Positions 39,610 to 49,044 of a stretch of DNA of 64,000 nucleotides are shown piece after piece. Location: the NCBI GenBank assembly GCA_913020665.1, contig CAJVZI010000004.1, forward strand, positions 855 through 64,854, written 5' to 3'. A program made the position numbers and the translations under genes. Under the pieces are notes generated by a model, which ran no database searches, was not told where the DNA came from, and saw only the letters and a program-made list of their open reading frames with translations. This DNA comes from an uncultured bacterium (GTDB lineage Bacteria; Fidelibacterota; Marinisomatia; Marinisomatales; UBA1611). Every line of letters begins with the position of its first letter. Position 1 is the first letter of the stretch.

Positions 39610-40454
39610 AAATAGGTGACTACAAGCTTTACAGTATAGAAACATCTGAATTTGCCTTAGATGGTGGCGCTATGTTTGGTATCATTCCTAAGCCTATTTG
39701 GGAAAGAGAAGTTTCAAGTGATTCTCTTAACCGGGTTGGGATGGTAACACGTTCTCTATTACTCTGCAGCGATGATAAGAAAATACTTATTGATACTGGG
39801 AATGGTACGAAATGGGAAGAAAAATATAGAGATATATACAATATTGATACGAGCCGATTTAACATTGAGACTTCTTTAAGAAAGTATGGTTTTTGCACGG
39901 ATGATATAACGGATGTAATATGTACGCATCTTCATTTTGATCATGCAGGTGGTAATACAAAAATAATGAATGGAAAAATTGTTCCAACATTTCCTAATGC
40001 AAAATATTGGGTTACAAAAGAGAATTGGGAACTGGCAAATCACCCCAGTCAAAAAGACGCAGGCAGTTTCATTGAATATGACTGGAAGGTCTTGGCACAA
40101 AATGGAATGATAAATATTATTGATGGAAATGAATCTTTTATTAGTGGGATTGATTGCTATCTAACCCATGGTCATACTGCTGGGCTATTGCATCCTGTCA
40201 TATCTGATGGTAGCCAAACTTTATTCTATGGTTCAGATATTTTCCCTCTTGCAGCACATATATCAATTCCATGGGTTATGGCCTATGATATTCAACCTGT
40301 TTTAACAACAAAAGAGAAACAGGCACTTTTGCCTAAAATGCAAGATGAAGAATGGATCTTATTTTTTGAACACGATCCTAATATACAAGCTTGTACAGTA
40401 CATAAAGATGGAAAGCATTATAAGATGAAAGAGGAGGTGTTGATCAGTGAATGA
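39606..40454 (+). CDS. MBL-fold metallo-hydrolase
   Basis: 282 aa with the THLHFDHAGG (HxHxDH) motif and downstream His/Asp ligands (LTHGHTAG). GTG start. Confidence 0.8.
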   Translation: MKIGDYKLYSIETSEFALDGGAMFGIIPKPIWEREVSSDSLNRVGMVTRSLLLCSDDKKILIDTGNGTKWEEKYRDIYNIDTSRFNIETSLRKYGFCTDDITDVICTHLHFDHAGGNTKIMNGKIVPTFPNAKYWVTKENWELANHPSQKDAGSFIEYDWKVLAQNGMINIIDGNESFISGIDCYLTHGHTAGLLHPVISDGSQTLFYGSDIFPLAAHISIPWVMAYDIQPVLTTKEKQALLPKMQDEEWILFFEHDPNIQACTVHKDGKHYKMKEEVLISE

Positions 40455-40812
40455 AGAAGAACAAAAAAATATTCTTTTTCAAGAAGGATTAAGCCATTAT
40501 AGATCTAAAGATTATTTTGAAGCGCATGAGTCCTGGGAAGATCTCTGGTCAGATTACTATTTAGAAGATAGGAAATTTGTACAAGGCTTGATACAACTTG
40601 CAGTTAGCTTTGTACACCTTGGAAATGGAAATATGAATGGTGCAAAAAGTTTGTTGAATAAATGTACAGAAAAATTCAAATTATTTTCAGGAATACATCG
40701 TGATATAGATGTAAACCAATTATTGGATGAAATCAGTGAAGTTAAAAAAGCTTATGAAAAATTGGGTGATGCAAAAGATTTTGATTGGTCTTTTGTACCT
40801 AAACTAGATTAG
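40447..40812 (+). CDS. DUF309 family protein
   Basis: 121 aa. FQEGLSHYRSKDYFEAHESWEDLW matches the DUF309 signature. The GTG start overlaps the MBL gene by 8 nt. Confidence 0.7.
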   Translation: MNEEEQKNILFQEGLSHYRSKDYFEAHESWEDLWSDYYLEDRKFVQGLIQLAVSFVHLGNGNMNGAKSLLNKCTEKFKLFSGIHRDIDVNQLLDEISEVKKAYEKLGDAKDFDWSFVPKLD

Positions 40813-41168
40813 TGATGCCAAAAATATTATTATTTATTAAGGATTTAGAATTAGGATCAAAGCTCTCATCTATATGTGTTGATCTTGGATATCATGTGGA
40901 ATTTTCTGATGAAAACTCGGATCCAGATAATTTTACTGAAAAGGTCGAAATGGCAATAATAGATATGGATGAAAAGGTCTTTTCATCCGTTGGACTTATA
41001 TCTGAATTAAAAAGGAGAGGATTAAAAATAGTAGGAACAATGAGCCAGATCAATAACCGGGACCAATCTAGGCTTCGATCTGTAGGTTGTGATATCATTG
41101 TAACAAGGTCAAGCCTTGTAAAGAATATTTCTAACGTGACCTCTGAATTACTTGACAAGAATCACTAG
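40812..41168 (+). CDS. Small flavodoxin-like / degenerate receiver-like protein, function unknown
   Basis: 118 aa with a beta-alpha alternation. AIIDMD sits at the putative phospho-acceptor position, but there is no conserved Lys. This is a weak call. Confidence 0.3.
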   Translation: MMPKILLFIKDLELGSKLSSICVDLGYHVEFSDENSDPDNFTEKVEMAIIDMDEKVFSSVGLISELKRRGLKIVGTMSQINNRDQSRLRSVGCDIIVTRSSLVKNISNVTSELLDKNH

Positions 41169-41221
41169 TTGTATAAAATCAACGTTTTGATAAAATTTGT
41201 TTTAATCTATTTGAATAAATT

Positions 41222-41863
41222 TTAATTCATTTCCTTCGTTATTCTTTTTTTTGAAGCAGCCCAACTGCAAATAAGACACTCTTTTAAATTATGGTTTCTT
41301 GCATTGCAATATTCACGTCCAAAAAATATAATCTGAAGATGCCTTTTATTCCATTCCTCTTTGGGCCATAATCTCTTCAGGTCACGTTCTGTCATTTCTA
41401 CATTCTTGGCTTTTGATAACCCCCACCTTGACGCAAGCCTATGTATATGGGTGTCAACAGGGAATGCAGGGAATCCATACCACTGCGACATGACGACACT
41501 AGCTGTTTTATGTCCAACACCTGCCAAGCTTTCAAGGAAATCCCAATCTGGACGTATTCCGCCAGAGGAAATTAATTGTTTGGCCATTTTTTTTAAATTT
41601 TTTGCTTTTGTTGGTGCTAATCCAATTTCTTTTATTGTATTCCTAATAGTTTCCAAATCAAGTACTGCCATCTCTTCAGGCACTTTTGCTAATTTGAACA
41701 ATTTAGGGGTTACTTGGTTTACTTTTTTATCTGTTGTTTGTGCAGATAGCATTACTGCAACGAGTAATGTATAGGCGCTAGAGTGATCAAGAGGTATCGG
41801 TGTTTCAGGATATAACTTATCAAGTATATCACCTATTTCTTTTGCTTTGTCTTGTCGTCTCAT
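41222..41863 (-). CDS. nth: Endonuclease III family DNA glycosylase (HhH-GPD)
   Basis: 213 aa. LAGVGHKTASVVM (catalytic Lys) and VDTHIHRL (Asp). The C-terminal Cys cluster is atypical (see findings). Confidence 0.85.
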   Translation of the reverse strand: MRRQDKAKEIGDILDKLYPETPIPLDHSSAYTLLVAVMLSAQTTDKKVNQVTPKLFKLAKVPEEMAVLDLETIRNTIKEIGLAPTKAKNLKKMAKQLISSGGIRPDWDFLESLAGVGHKTASVVMSQWYGFPAFPVDTHIHRLASRWGLSKAKNVEMTERDLKRLWPKEEWNKRHLQIIFFGREYCNARNHNLKECLICSWAASKKRITKEMN

Positions 41864-42062
41864 TTATAGCGGAGTATTAATTTCTACTCTATACATAAAG
41901 CAGATTATTACTGTAATACTTACGTTGGATTTTATTGACGGTCAACATTGAATTAAATTAGTATATATGATTTATGTTTATAAGAACTATTTGGTTTGTA
42001 TATACCAAGCCTTATCACCATTATTAAAATGATAAGTATAAATACAAAAATAGATTAATATA

Positions 42063-42488
42063 TTGGAGAAAAAATTGACTGAACCCATCATAACTAAAAA
42101 ATATCATTTCTGTGCATCGCATAAATATGGAAATGATTATTGGTCTGAAGAAAAGAACCTAGAAGTTTTTGGAAAGGATTATAATACTCACGGACATAAT
42201 TATGTATTAGAAGTATCTGTATCTGGGCCTATTGATCCTGATTCAGGTTGGCTAGTTGACCTCGGGAAACTAAATGTAATTGTGAAATCTAAGATTGTAG
42301 ATATTCTAGATCATTCTCAGATCGAAGAGGATGTTCAATGGTTTAAAGGAAAACAACCCTCATCAGAAAATATTCTGATCTGGGCTTGGGATCAAATCGT
42401 AAAGGAACTAGACCAAGGTGCTTTATACCGCCTTAGACTTGTTGAGACTCATTCCATACACACGGATTACTACGGCCCAGGTCAATAA
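42063..42488 (+). CDS. 6-pyruvoyl-tetrahydropterin synthase family protein (QueD / PTPS-like)
   Basis: 141 aa. FCASHKY...THGHNY Zn-binding His motifs and a DPDSGWLVDLGKL core. The track starts at a TTG at 42063. An in-frame TTG at 42075, preceded by GGAG with a 6-nt spacer, is an alternative start. Confidence 0.8.
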   Translation: MEKKLTEPIITKKYHFCASHKYGNDYWSEEKNLEVFGKDYNTHGHNYVLEVSVSGPIDPDSGWLVDLGKLNVIVKSKIVDILDHSQIEEDVQWFKGKQPSSENILIWAWDQIVKELDQGALYRLRLVETHSIHTDYYGPGQ

Positions 42489-43153
42489 TGGATTTTAAGG
42501 ACAGACTATATCTAATACTAGCAGGAATCTTTATTGCATCATTAGTTAGCTGCAATTTGATCTTTCAAAAGTTTTTCACATGGAGTCCTTTTGGTATTTA
42601 TACCTTTGAAATATCTGTTGGCATCTTACCTTATCCAATAACCTTTTTAGCAACTGATCTAATATCTGAACTTTATGGACAAAAAAAAGCCGACCAGGTT
42701 GTGATATCCGGCTTGATAGCCAGTGTATTTATTATGATAGTTGTATTGATTGCAAATGCTGTCCCTAGTACCTCATGGTCACCTGTAAATGATGATATTT
42801 TTCAAAAGGTTTTTGGACTCCAAGGCCTAGCTGTATTTGCATCCATGATTGCTTATCTTTCTGCTCAATTCATTGATGTGAGGGTATTCCACTTTTGGAA
42901 AAAATTAACCAAAGGAAAACATTTATGGCTTAGAAATAATGGCTCCACAATTGTGAGTCAGTTCGTAGATACTGCGACAGTATTAATACTACTATGCGCA
43001 ACAGGTGCAATAGGATGGGACCGTTTCATTCCATTGCTAGAAAACGGCTTTTTATTCAAGGTGCTCGTAGCTTTAGTTGATACACCGATCATTTATGCAG
43101 TGATCTATGGTTTAAAGGGTAAGATTGAAATAGCACACTATGATGAGGATTGA
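42488..43153 (+). CDS. yhhQ: Queuosine-precursor transporter (YhhQ/DUF165 family)
   Basis: 221 aa and polytopic. YPITFLATDL and ASMIAYLSAQFIDVRVFHFWKK parallel E. coli YhhQ motifs. Confidence 0.8.
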   Translation: MDFKDRLYLILAGIFIASLVSCNLIFQKFFTWSPFGIYTFEISVGILPYPITFLATDLISELYGQKKADQVVISGLIASVFIMIVVLIANAVPSTSWSPVNDDIFQKVFGLQGLAVFASMIAYLSAQFIDVRVFHFWKKLTKGKHLWLRNNGSTIVSQFVDTATVLILLCATGAIGWDRFIPLLENGFLFKVLVALVDTPIIYAVIYGLKGKIEIAHYDED

Positions 43154-43156
43154 GAA

Positions 43157-43726
43157 ATGAGTGATAATGATATTATAAAAAAATTAACAAAAGACCTTTT
43201 GAGGCAGATTGGTGAAGATCCAGATCGCGAAGGGTTGTTAAAAACGCCTTCAAGGGTTGCTAAGGCTTGGGAGTTCTTTTCAAGGGGGTATAAACAAGAT
43301 ATTGAAGAGATCATTAATGGGGCCATTTTCAATGAAGATGCAAAGGATATGGTTATCGTTAGGGATGTGGAGTTTTTTTCACTGTGTGAACATCACCTTT
43401 TACCTTTTTTTGGAAAGGCCCATGTAGGCTATATACCAAATGGAAAAGTTATTGGTCTATCCAAGATTCCGAGGATCATAGATATGTATTCAAGGAGGCT
43501 GCAAGTTCAGGAACGTTTGACTCACCAGATAGCAGATGCTATTAAATCTGTGCTAGATCCAAAGGGTGTTGCCGTTGTGATGGAGGGGCGTCATATGTGT
43601 ATGCAAATGAGAGGCGTAGAAAAACAAAACAGTTTTGCTTCAACAAGCGCAATGTCAGGGCAGTTCAAGAAATCAGCGGAAACCCGTTCTGAATTCTTAT
43701 CTATTATAAATAGGCGATCTGACTAA
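43157..43726 (+). CDS. folE: GTP cyclohydrolase I (FolE type 1)
   Basis: 189 aa. [30 protein letters not shown] and QVQERLT. Confidence 0.92.
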   Translation: MSDNDIIKKLTKDLLRQIGEDPDREGLLKTPSRVAKAWEFFSRGYKQDIEEIINGAIFNEDAKDMVIVRDVEFFSLCEHHLLPFFGKAHVGYIPNGKVIGLSKIPRIIDMYSRRLQVQERLTHQIADAIKSVLDPKGVAVVMEGRHMCMQMRGVEKQNSFASTSAMSGQFKKSAETRSEFLSIINRRSD

Positions 43727-45111
43727 TGTTGAAATTTGACCTTGCAGTATTAGGTGGAGGCCCAGGCGGGTATGTTGCTGCGATTCGCGCTGCTCAATTA
43801 GGTCAAAAGATATGCATCATCGACGAAGACAAATTAGGTGGCATATGTCTAAATTGGGGCTGTATACCTACAAAAGCTTTATTAAAAAATGCTGAAGTAT
43901 ATCATATAATAAAAAATGCAGATCGATATGGAATAACTGTTGATCAAGTTAAGGTCAATTTCAAAAATAATGTAAAAAGAAGTCGTGATGTAGCAAGTCG
44001 CCTAAGTAAGGGTATCGAATTCTTAATGAAAAAGAATAAGATCACTCATATAAAAGGTAGGGGGAAGCTCACATCGTCAAATAAAATAGAAGTAAAAGAA
44101 AGGAATAAGATAAATATCATAGAAGCTAATAATATCGTAATTGCTACGGGAGCACGTCCAATATCATTCCCTAATATGCTGTTAGATGGCAGACGAGTTA
44201 TTAGTTCAAAAGAGGCCATGATGTTAGAATCACCTCCAAAGAAAATGACTATTATTGGCTCAGGTGCAATTGGTTGTGAGTTCGCATATTATTTCAATGA
44301 ATTTGGAACACAGGTCCATTTATTAGAAATGATGGATCACATCCTACCTAATGAGGATCCAGAGGTCTCGGATGAAGTTGAAAAAAGTTTTAAAAGAGCT
44401 GGAATTAAAATTTCTAAGGGTGTGAAGGTTTCAAAAATTGAAAGTTTAAAAACCAAGGTAAAAATTCATACAGATAAAACTGAAAGTAATCTAATAGAAA
44501 GTGATGTGGCACTTTTAGCTATCGGTGTTACGGGTAATCTGGAAAATATTGGACTAGAATCTCTTGGTATTAAAACGGAGAAAGGCGCTATTTGTGTAGA
44601 TGAATTTAATCAAACAAATATATCAAATATTTATGCTATAGGAGATGTGTCAGGGCCCCCATGGTTGGCACATGTAGCATCTGCTCAAGGTCATATTGTT
44701 GCAGAGCATATGAATGGATTAGCACCAGAGCCTGTTGATTATTCTAATATCCCCGGCTGTACTTATTGTCAGCCACAAGTTGGTTCTTTGGGGCTAACAG
44801 AGGCTGAAGCAATCAAAGAGGGGTTCAATGTAAAGGTCGGAAAATTTTTATTTCAAGCGAGTGGAAAAGCAATGGCAGTTGGTGATACTACAGGATTTGT
44901 AAAATTAGTTTTCGATGAAAAATACGGTGAATTACTAGGAGCCCATATAGTTGGCTCAGAAGCAACTGAATTGATTGCTGAGTTGGGAGTCGCTAAGGCA
45001 CTAGAAACGACCTGGGAAGAGATCGCAATGACCATACATGCGCATCCAACTCTCTCAGAATCAATAATGGAAGCTGCGATGGATGCTTTTGGATCGGCCA
45101 TCCATCAATGA
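43726..45111 (+). CDS. lpdA: Dihydrolipoyl dehydrogenase (E3)
   Basis: 461 aa. GGGPGGYVAAIRAAQLG, redox-active GGICLNWGCIPTK and C-terminal HAHPTLSE. Confidence 0.9.
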   Translation: MLKFDLAVLGGGPGGYVAAIRAAQLGQKICIIDEDKLGGICLNWGCIPTKALLKNAEVYHIIKNADRYGITVDQVKVNFKNNVKRSRDVASRLSKGIEFLMKKNKITHIKGRGKLTSSNKIEVKERNKINIIEANNIVIATGARPISFPNMLLDGRRVISSKEAMMLESPPKKMTIIGSGAIGCEFAYYFNEFGTQVHLLEMMDHILPNEDPEVSDEVEKSFKRAGIKISKGVKVSKIESLKTKVKIHTDKTESNLIESDVALLAIGVTGNLENIGLESLGIKTEKGAICVDEFNQTNISNIYAIGDVSGPPWLAHVASAQGHIVAEHMNGLAPEPVDYSNIPGCTYCQPQVGSLGLTEAEAIKEGFNVKVGKFLFQASGKAMAVGDTTGFVKLVFDEKYGELLGAHIVGSEATELIAELGVAKALETTWEEIAMTIHAHPTLSESIMEAAMDAFGSAIHQ

Positions 45112-45115
45112 TATT

Positions 45116-45757
45116 ATGATTGAAACATTGGAATCTAAGATTTTAATAAAGGACCTTGGACTTAGATCCTATCAAGAGGTCTGGAGCCTCCAAAAGAAAA
45201 TGCAGCAACAACGTATTAATGAGCGAATAGAAGATACAGTGATCCTTGTAGAGCATGAACCTGTATATACATTAGGTAAAAATGCCAATGAGAATCATTT
45301 ACTGCAGTCTAGAGATAGGTCGGTTGATGTATATAATGTAGAACGTGGAGGAGATATAACCTTCCATGGCCCAGGCCAATTAGTAGGGTACCCGATCATT
45401 GATCTTTCAGATTACAAAAAGAGCGTTGATTGGTATATGCGCATGCTAGAACAATTAACTATTGATGTTTTACTTGAATTTGGCATCATTGCAACTAGAA
45501 TTCAGGGGTTGACTGGAGTATGGGCTGGGCAAGAAAAGATCGCTGCACAAGGTGTACGTATTAGTAGATGGGTAACTATGCATGGGTTTGCATTGAATGT
45601 TAATCCAGATCTATCCTATTATGATGGTATCATTCCTTGTGGCATTTTCGATCATGGTATAACATCTATGGAAGAATTATTAGGTAAGAAGCAAGATATG
45701 AAAGAGGTAAAATCAGTTGTGATAGAAAAATTCAATAAATTATTTATGAAAAGATAA
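45116..45757 (+). CDS. lipB: Lipoyl(octanoyl) transferase
   Basis: RGGDITFHGPGQLVGYPI and the PCGI active-site Cys. The ATG at 45116 lies 4 nt after the lpdA stop. The track ORF opens at 45083, which would overlap lpdA by 29 nt. Confidence 0.85.
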   Translation: MIETLESKILIKDLGLRSYQEVWSLQKKMQQQRINERIEDTVILVEHEPVYTLGKNANENHLLQSRDRSVDVYNVERGGDITFHGPGQLVGYPIIDLSDYKKSVDWYMRMLEQLTIDVLLEFGIIATRIQGLTGVWAGQEKIAAQGVRISRWVTMHGFALNVNPDLSYYDGIIPCGIFDHGITSMEELLGKKQDMKEVKSVVIEKFNKLFMKR

Positions 45758-45762
45758 TTAGC

Positions 45763-47766
45763 ATGGCAAGGCTAAACGGTTTTACAAAAAAGCAAATACT
45801 TGACATATATAAGAAGATGGTCCTTTCTAGAAAATTGGATGATAAAATGCTTATAATGTTGAAACAAGGTAAAAGCTTTTTTCATATAGGAGCTTCTGGC
45901 CATGAAGCTGCACAACTTGCTGCCGCTGTATTAATTACACCAGGCAAGGATTGGTCTTTCCCATATTATAGGGATGGCGCATATTGCATTGGATTGGGCC
46001 TGAAAGCACGAGAACAACTACTTGGGTTTTTGGCGAAGGCAGATGACCCAAGCTCTGGGGGTAGGCAAATGCCACAGCATTATGGTCAAAAAGACCTTAG
46101 AATAGTTACTCAGTCCAGTCCAACGGGGACACAATTTCTTCAAGCGGTTGGATGTGCTATGGCACGAAAGAAGGAAAAAACAAAAGAGGTTGTCTACGTT
46201 TCATCAGGTGAAGGTACTACAAGTCAGGGTGATTTTCATGAAGCATTGAATTGGGCTAGCAATGCAAAAGCCCCAGTTATATTTCATATTCAAGATAATG
46301 AATATGCTATTTCCACCCATAAGTCAGAACAAACAGCTGACTCGGTATATAATATGACAGCAGGATATAAAAATCTTTCTAGATACGATGTAGATGGAAC
46401 GGACTTTTTTGAAGCGAACCTTGCTTTTGATCAAGCGATAGAGCGGGCAAGAAAGGGTAAAGGCCCTTCTGTTATTATTTCAAATGTGGTTCGTCTTTTA
46501 CCTCACTCAAGTTCAGATGACCAAAGAAAGTACAGGACAGAAAAATCACTTAATGAAGATAAAAAAAGAGATCCATTAAAAGTTTTAGAAGATCAATGTT
46601 TAAAAGCAAAATTTATCTCTGCCTCAGAGTTCAAAAATATCAGGGATAAAGCAATAGAACAGGTTGACAAGGATGCAGAGTGGGCGGATGGACAAGATTA
46701 TCCGGACCCCAATACTGCTTTAGATCATATTTATAGCAATGATGATATACATGATGAACCTAGTTATAATGCTATATCTGATAAAATTGTTATTGTAGAT
46801 GCGATCAATCATGCTTTACATGAAGAAATGGCTAGAAATAAAAACATGGTCATTTATGGTCAAGATATTGCAGACCCAAAGGGAGGAGTATTTACAGCGA
46901 CCAAAGGCTTATCAGACAGTTTTGGTAGTGAAAGGGTATTTAATTCACCTCTAGCAGAATCTTCAATTATTGGTACTGCAGTAGGGATGGCTATTACAGG
47001 CTATAAACCAGTTGTAGAGATTCAATTTGCAGATTATCTGTGGACAGCTATGATGCAAATCAGAAACGAGGTTTCAACCTTTAGATATCGTTCAAATAAT
47101 TCGTGGACATGCCCAATGGTCATTAGAGTACCAGTGGGTGGATACATACATGGCGGTCTATGTCATAGCCAATCTATTGATGGATATTTTATTCATATGC
47201 CTGGGATATACATTGCTTACCCTTCATCTGCAGCAGATGCGAAAGGACTACTAAAGATGTCATGTAGAATGAATGACCCAGTCCTTTTTATGGAACATAA
47301 AGGACTTTATCGACAGGGATATGCAGCAACAGAAGAGCCTGACGAAGAATATATACTTCCTTTTGGTAAGGGAAGAATTATTTCTCAAGGCGATCAGCTT
47401 ACGATCATTACATGGGGGGCCATGGTACAAAGATCCATCGAAGCAGTTCAGTCACTTGCATTGGAGAATGGGATAGTAGAAATAATAGATCTAAGAACTC
47501 TAAACCCAATCGATATTGATCTCATTCGGTCTTCTATAGAAAAGACGAGTAAGGTACTTGTTGTTCATGAAGATAATCTTACTAATGGACCAGGCGCAGA
47601 GATCTCAGCTTTGATTGCAGACAAATATTTTGAATTATTAGATGGACCAGTTAGAAGAGTTGCTGCCAAAGATTCGCCAGTGCCGTTTAACTGGTTGCTT
47701 GAGGAAAAGGTGCTTCCTCAGACAGAAGACATAGTTTCAGCTATTGAAGAACTTTTGGAGTATTAA
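45763..47766 (+). CDS. 2-oxoacid dehydrogenase E1 component, fused alpha and beta subunits
   Basis: 667 aa. The N-half has the TPP motif (SSGEGTTSQGDFHEALNWA). The C-half is E1-beta-like (FNSPLAESSIIG, transketolase-C-like tail). Substrate is not assignable. Confidence 0.85.
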   Translation: MARLNGFTKKQILDIYKKMVLSRKLDDKMLIMLKQGKSFFHIGASGHEAAQLAAAVLITPGKDWSFPYYRDGAYCIGLGLKAREQLLGFLAKADDPSSGGRQMPQHYGQKDLRIVTQSSPTGTQFLQAVGCAMARKKEKTKEVVYVSSGEGTTSQGDFHEALNWASNAKAPVIFHIQDNEYAISTHKSEQTADSVYNMTAGYKNLSRYDVDGTDFFEANLAFDQAIERARKGKGPSVIISNVVRLLPHSSSDDQRKYRTEKSLNEDKKRDPLKVLEDQCLKAKFISASEFKNIRDKAIEQVDKDAEWADGQDYPDPNTALDHIYSNDDIHDEPSYNAISDKIVIVDAINHALHEEMARNKNMVIYGQDIADPKGGVFTATKGLSDSFGSERVFNSPLAESSIIGTAVGMAITGYKPVVEIQFADYLWTAMMQIRNEVSTFRYRSNNSWTCPMVIRVPVGGYIHGGLCHSQSIDGYFIHMPGIYIAYPSSAADAKGLLKMSCRMNDPVLFMEHKGLYRQGYAATEEPDEEYILPFGKGRIISQGDQLTIITWGAMVQRSIEAVQSLALENGIVEIIDLRTLNPIDIDLIRSSIEKTSKVLVVHEDNLTNGPGAEISALIADKYFELLDGPVRRVAAKDSPVPFNWLLEEKVLPQTEDIVSAIEELLEY

Positions 47767-49044
47767 ATGATCGTTGATGTTGTAATGCCAAAGATGGGTG
47801 AGTCCATTAATGAGGGTACAATTCTAGAGTGGAGAAAAAAAGTAGGCGAGTCTATAGAATTGGATGAGATATTATTAGAAATTGGTACAGATAAAGTTGA
47901 TTCAGAGATACCTTCCTCTGCTGCAGGAATAATAGTCGATATACTAGCAGAGCCAAATGATGTAAAAGCAGTTGGTGAGGTCATTGCAAAGATAGATACC
48001 AATAGTAGCTCTGGTACCAGTAGTAAAGATGTAAATGTAAAAAAAGATGTAGAGCCAGAACCACTTCCACAATTGTCAGATAGTGCGCCTGAAAAGGAAA
48101 AGTCAATAACTAATTCAGAGCAAATAATTACAGAAAATAAAGAAAAAAAATTCTATTCTCCGGTTGTAATGAAAATCGCTTCAGATAAAAATGTTCCTTT
48201 CAATGAACTTGAAAGAATAGCTGGTACTGGAAGAGGTGGCAGAGTCACCAAAAAAGATATTCTTGCCTATCTTAATTCTGATATGCCATTATCAGATAGT
48301 CCTCCTATTGCTGAGTCCAAGCCTGTTACTCCTATGTTGTCAGGGAGAACTGAAGAAATGCACCACATGCGAAAATTAATTGCAAAGCATATGAAAGAAA
48401 GCTTGTCTACGTCTGCGCATGTATACGTTATGACTGAAGTAGACATGACCTCAATAGTAGATTTTGTGTTCAAAGAGGAAATGGCATTCAAAGATAGAGA
48501 GGGGTTCAATTTAACTTACACTCCATTTATAGTTGATGCTGTGGTAAGATCGTTGAAAGATCAACCTGAGATGAACTCCTCTATATTAGATACTACTGTG
48601 AATTTTCATAGAGATATCAATATAGGTTTAGCTGTGGCTATAGATAATGGTCTAATGGTTCCAAACATGGCAAATTGTGAAGAAAAGAATTTTTTAGGAC
48701 TCTGCCGTTCGGTACATGATATTGCATCTAGAACACGAAATGGTACTATTAAAGCTGATGAATTAACTGGCACTACATTCAGCATAACAAATTTTGGTGT
48801 ATTTGGTGTTTCAATGGGCACCCCTATCATAAATCAACCTAATGTTGGTATTTTAGGTATTGGTGCGATAAAAAAACAACCAGTTGTTATAGAAGCAGCA
48901 GAAGGTGATTCTATTGCCATTAGAAGCATGATGATATTAACGCTTGGTTTTGACCATAGACTTATAGATGGGGCAGGTGGATCAAAATTTTTAGAGCGTG
49001 TACGCTATTATCTTGAAAATATGGATCTGGATGATATAAGATAA
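47767..49044 (+). CDS. Dihydrolipoamide acyltransferase (E2)
   Basis: 425 aa. Lipoyl domain (LEIGTDKVDSEIP), PSBD (SPVVMKIASDKNV) and catalytic DHRLIDGAGG. Confidence 0.88.
   Translation: MIVDVVMPKMGESINEGTILEWRKKVGESIELDEILLEIGTDKVDSEIPSSAAGIIVDILAEPNDVKAVGEVIAKIDTNSSSGTSSKDVNVKKDVEPEPLPQLSDSAPEKEKSITNSEQIITENKEKKFYSPVVMKIASDKNVPFNELERIAGTGRGGRVTKKDILAYLNSDMPLSDSPPIAESKPVTPMLSGRTEEMHHMRKLIAKHMKESLSTSAHVYVMTEVDMTSIVDFVFKEEMAFKDREGFNLTYTPFIVDAVVRSLKDQPEMNSSILDTTVNFHRDINIGLAVAIDNGLMVPNMANCEEKNFLGLCRSVHDIASRTRNGTIKADELTGTTFSITNFGVFGVSMGTPIINQPNVGILGIGAIKKQPVVIEAAEGDSIAIRSMMILTLGFDHRLIDGAGGSKFLERVRYYLENMDLDDIR

Noticed and set aside
42011-42060. A hairpin (CTTATCA-12 nt-TGATAAG) followed by an A-rich tail (ACAAAAATAG) just upstream of the queD-like/yhhQ genes, which looks superficially like a preQ1-I riboswitch.
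   Set aside because: The loop lacks the conserved C immediately 5' of the P1 3' strand that pairs with preQ1. The tail lacks the CUA element of the AAAAAACUA consensus. The stem is AT-only in AT-rich DNA. A covariance-model scan would be needed to revive it.
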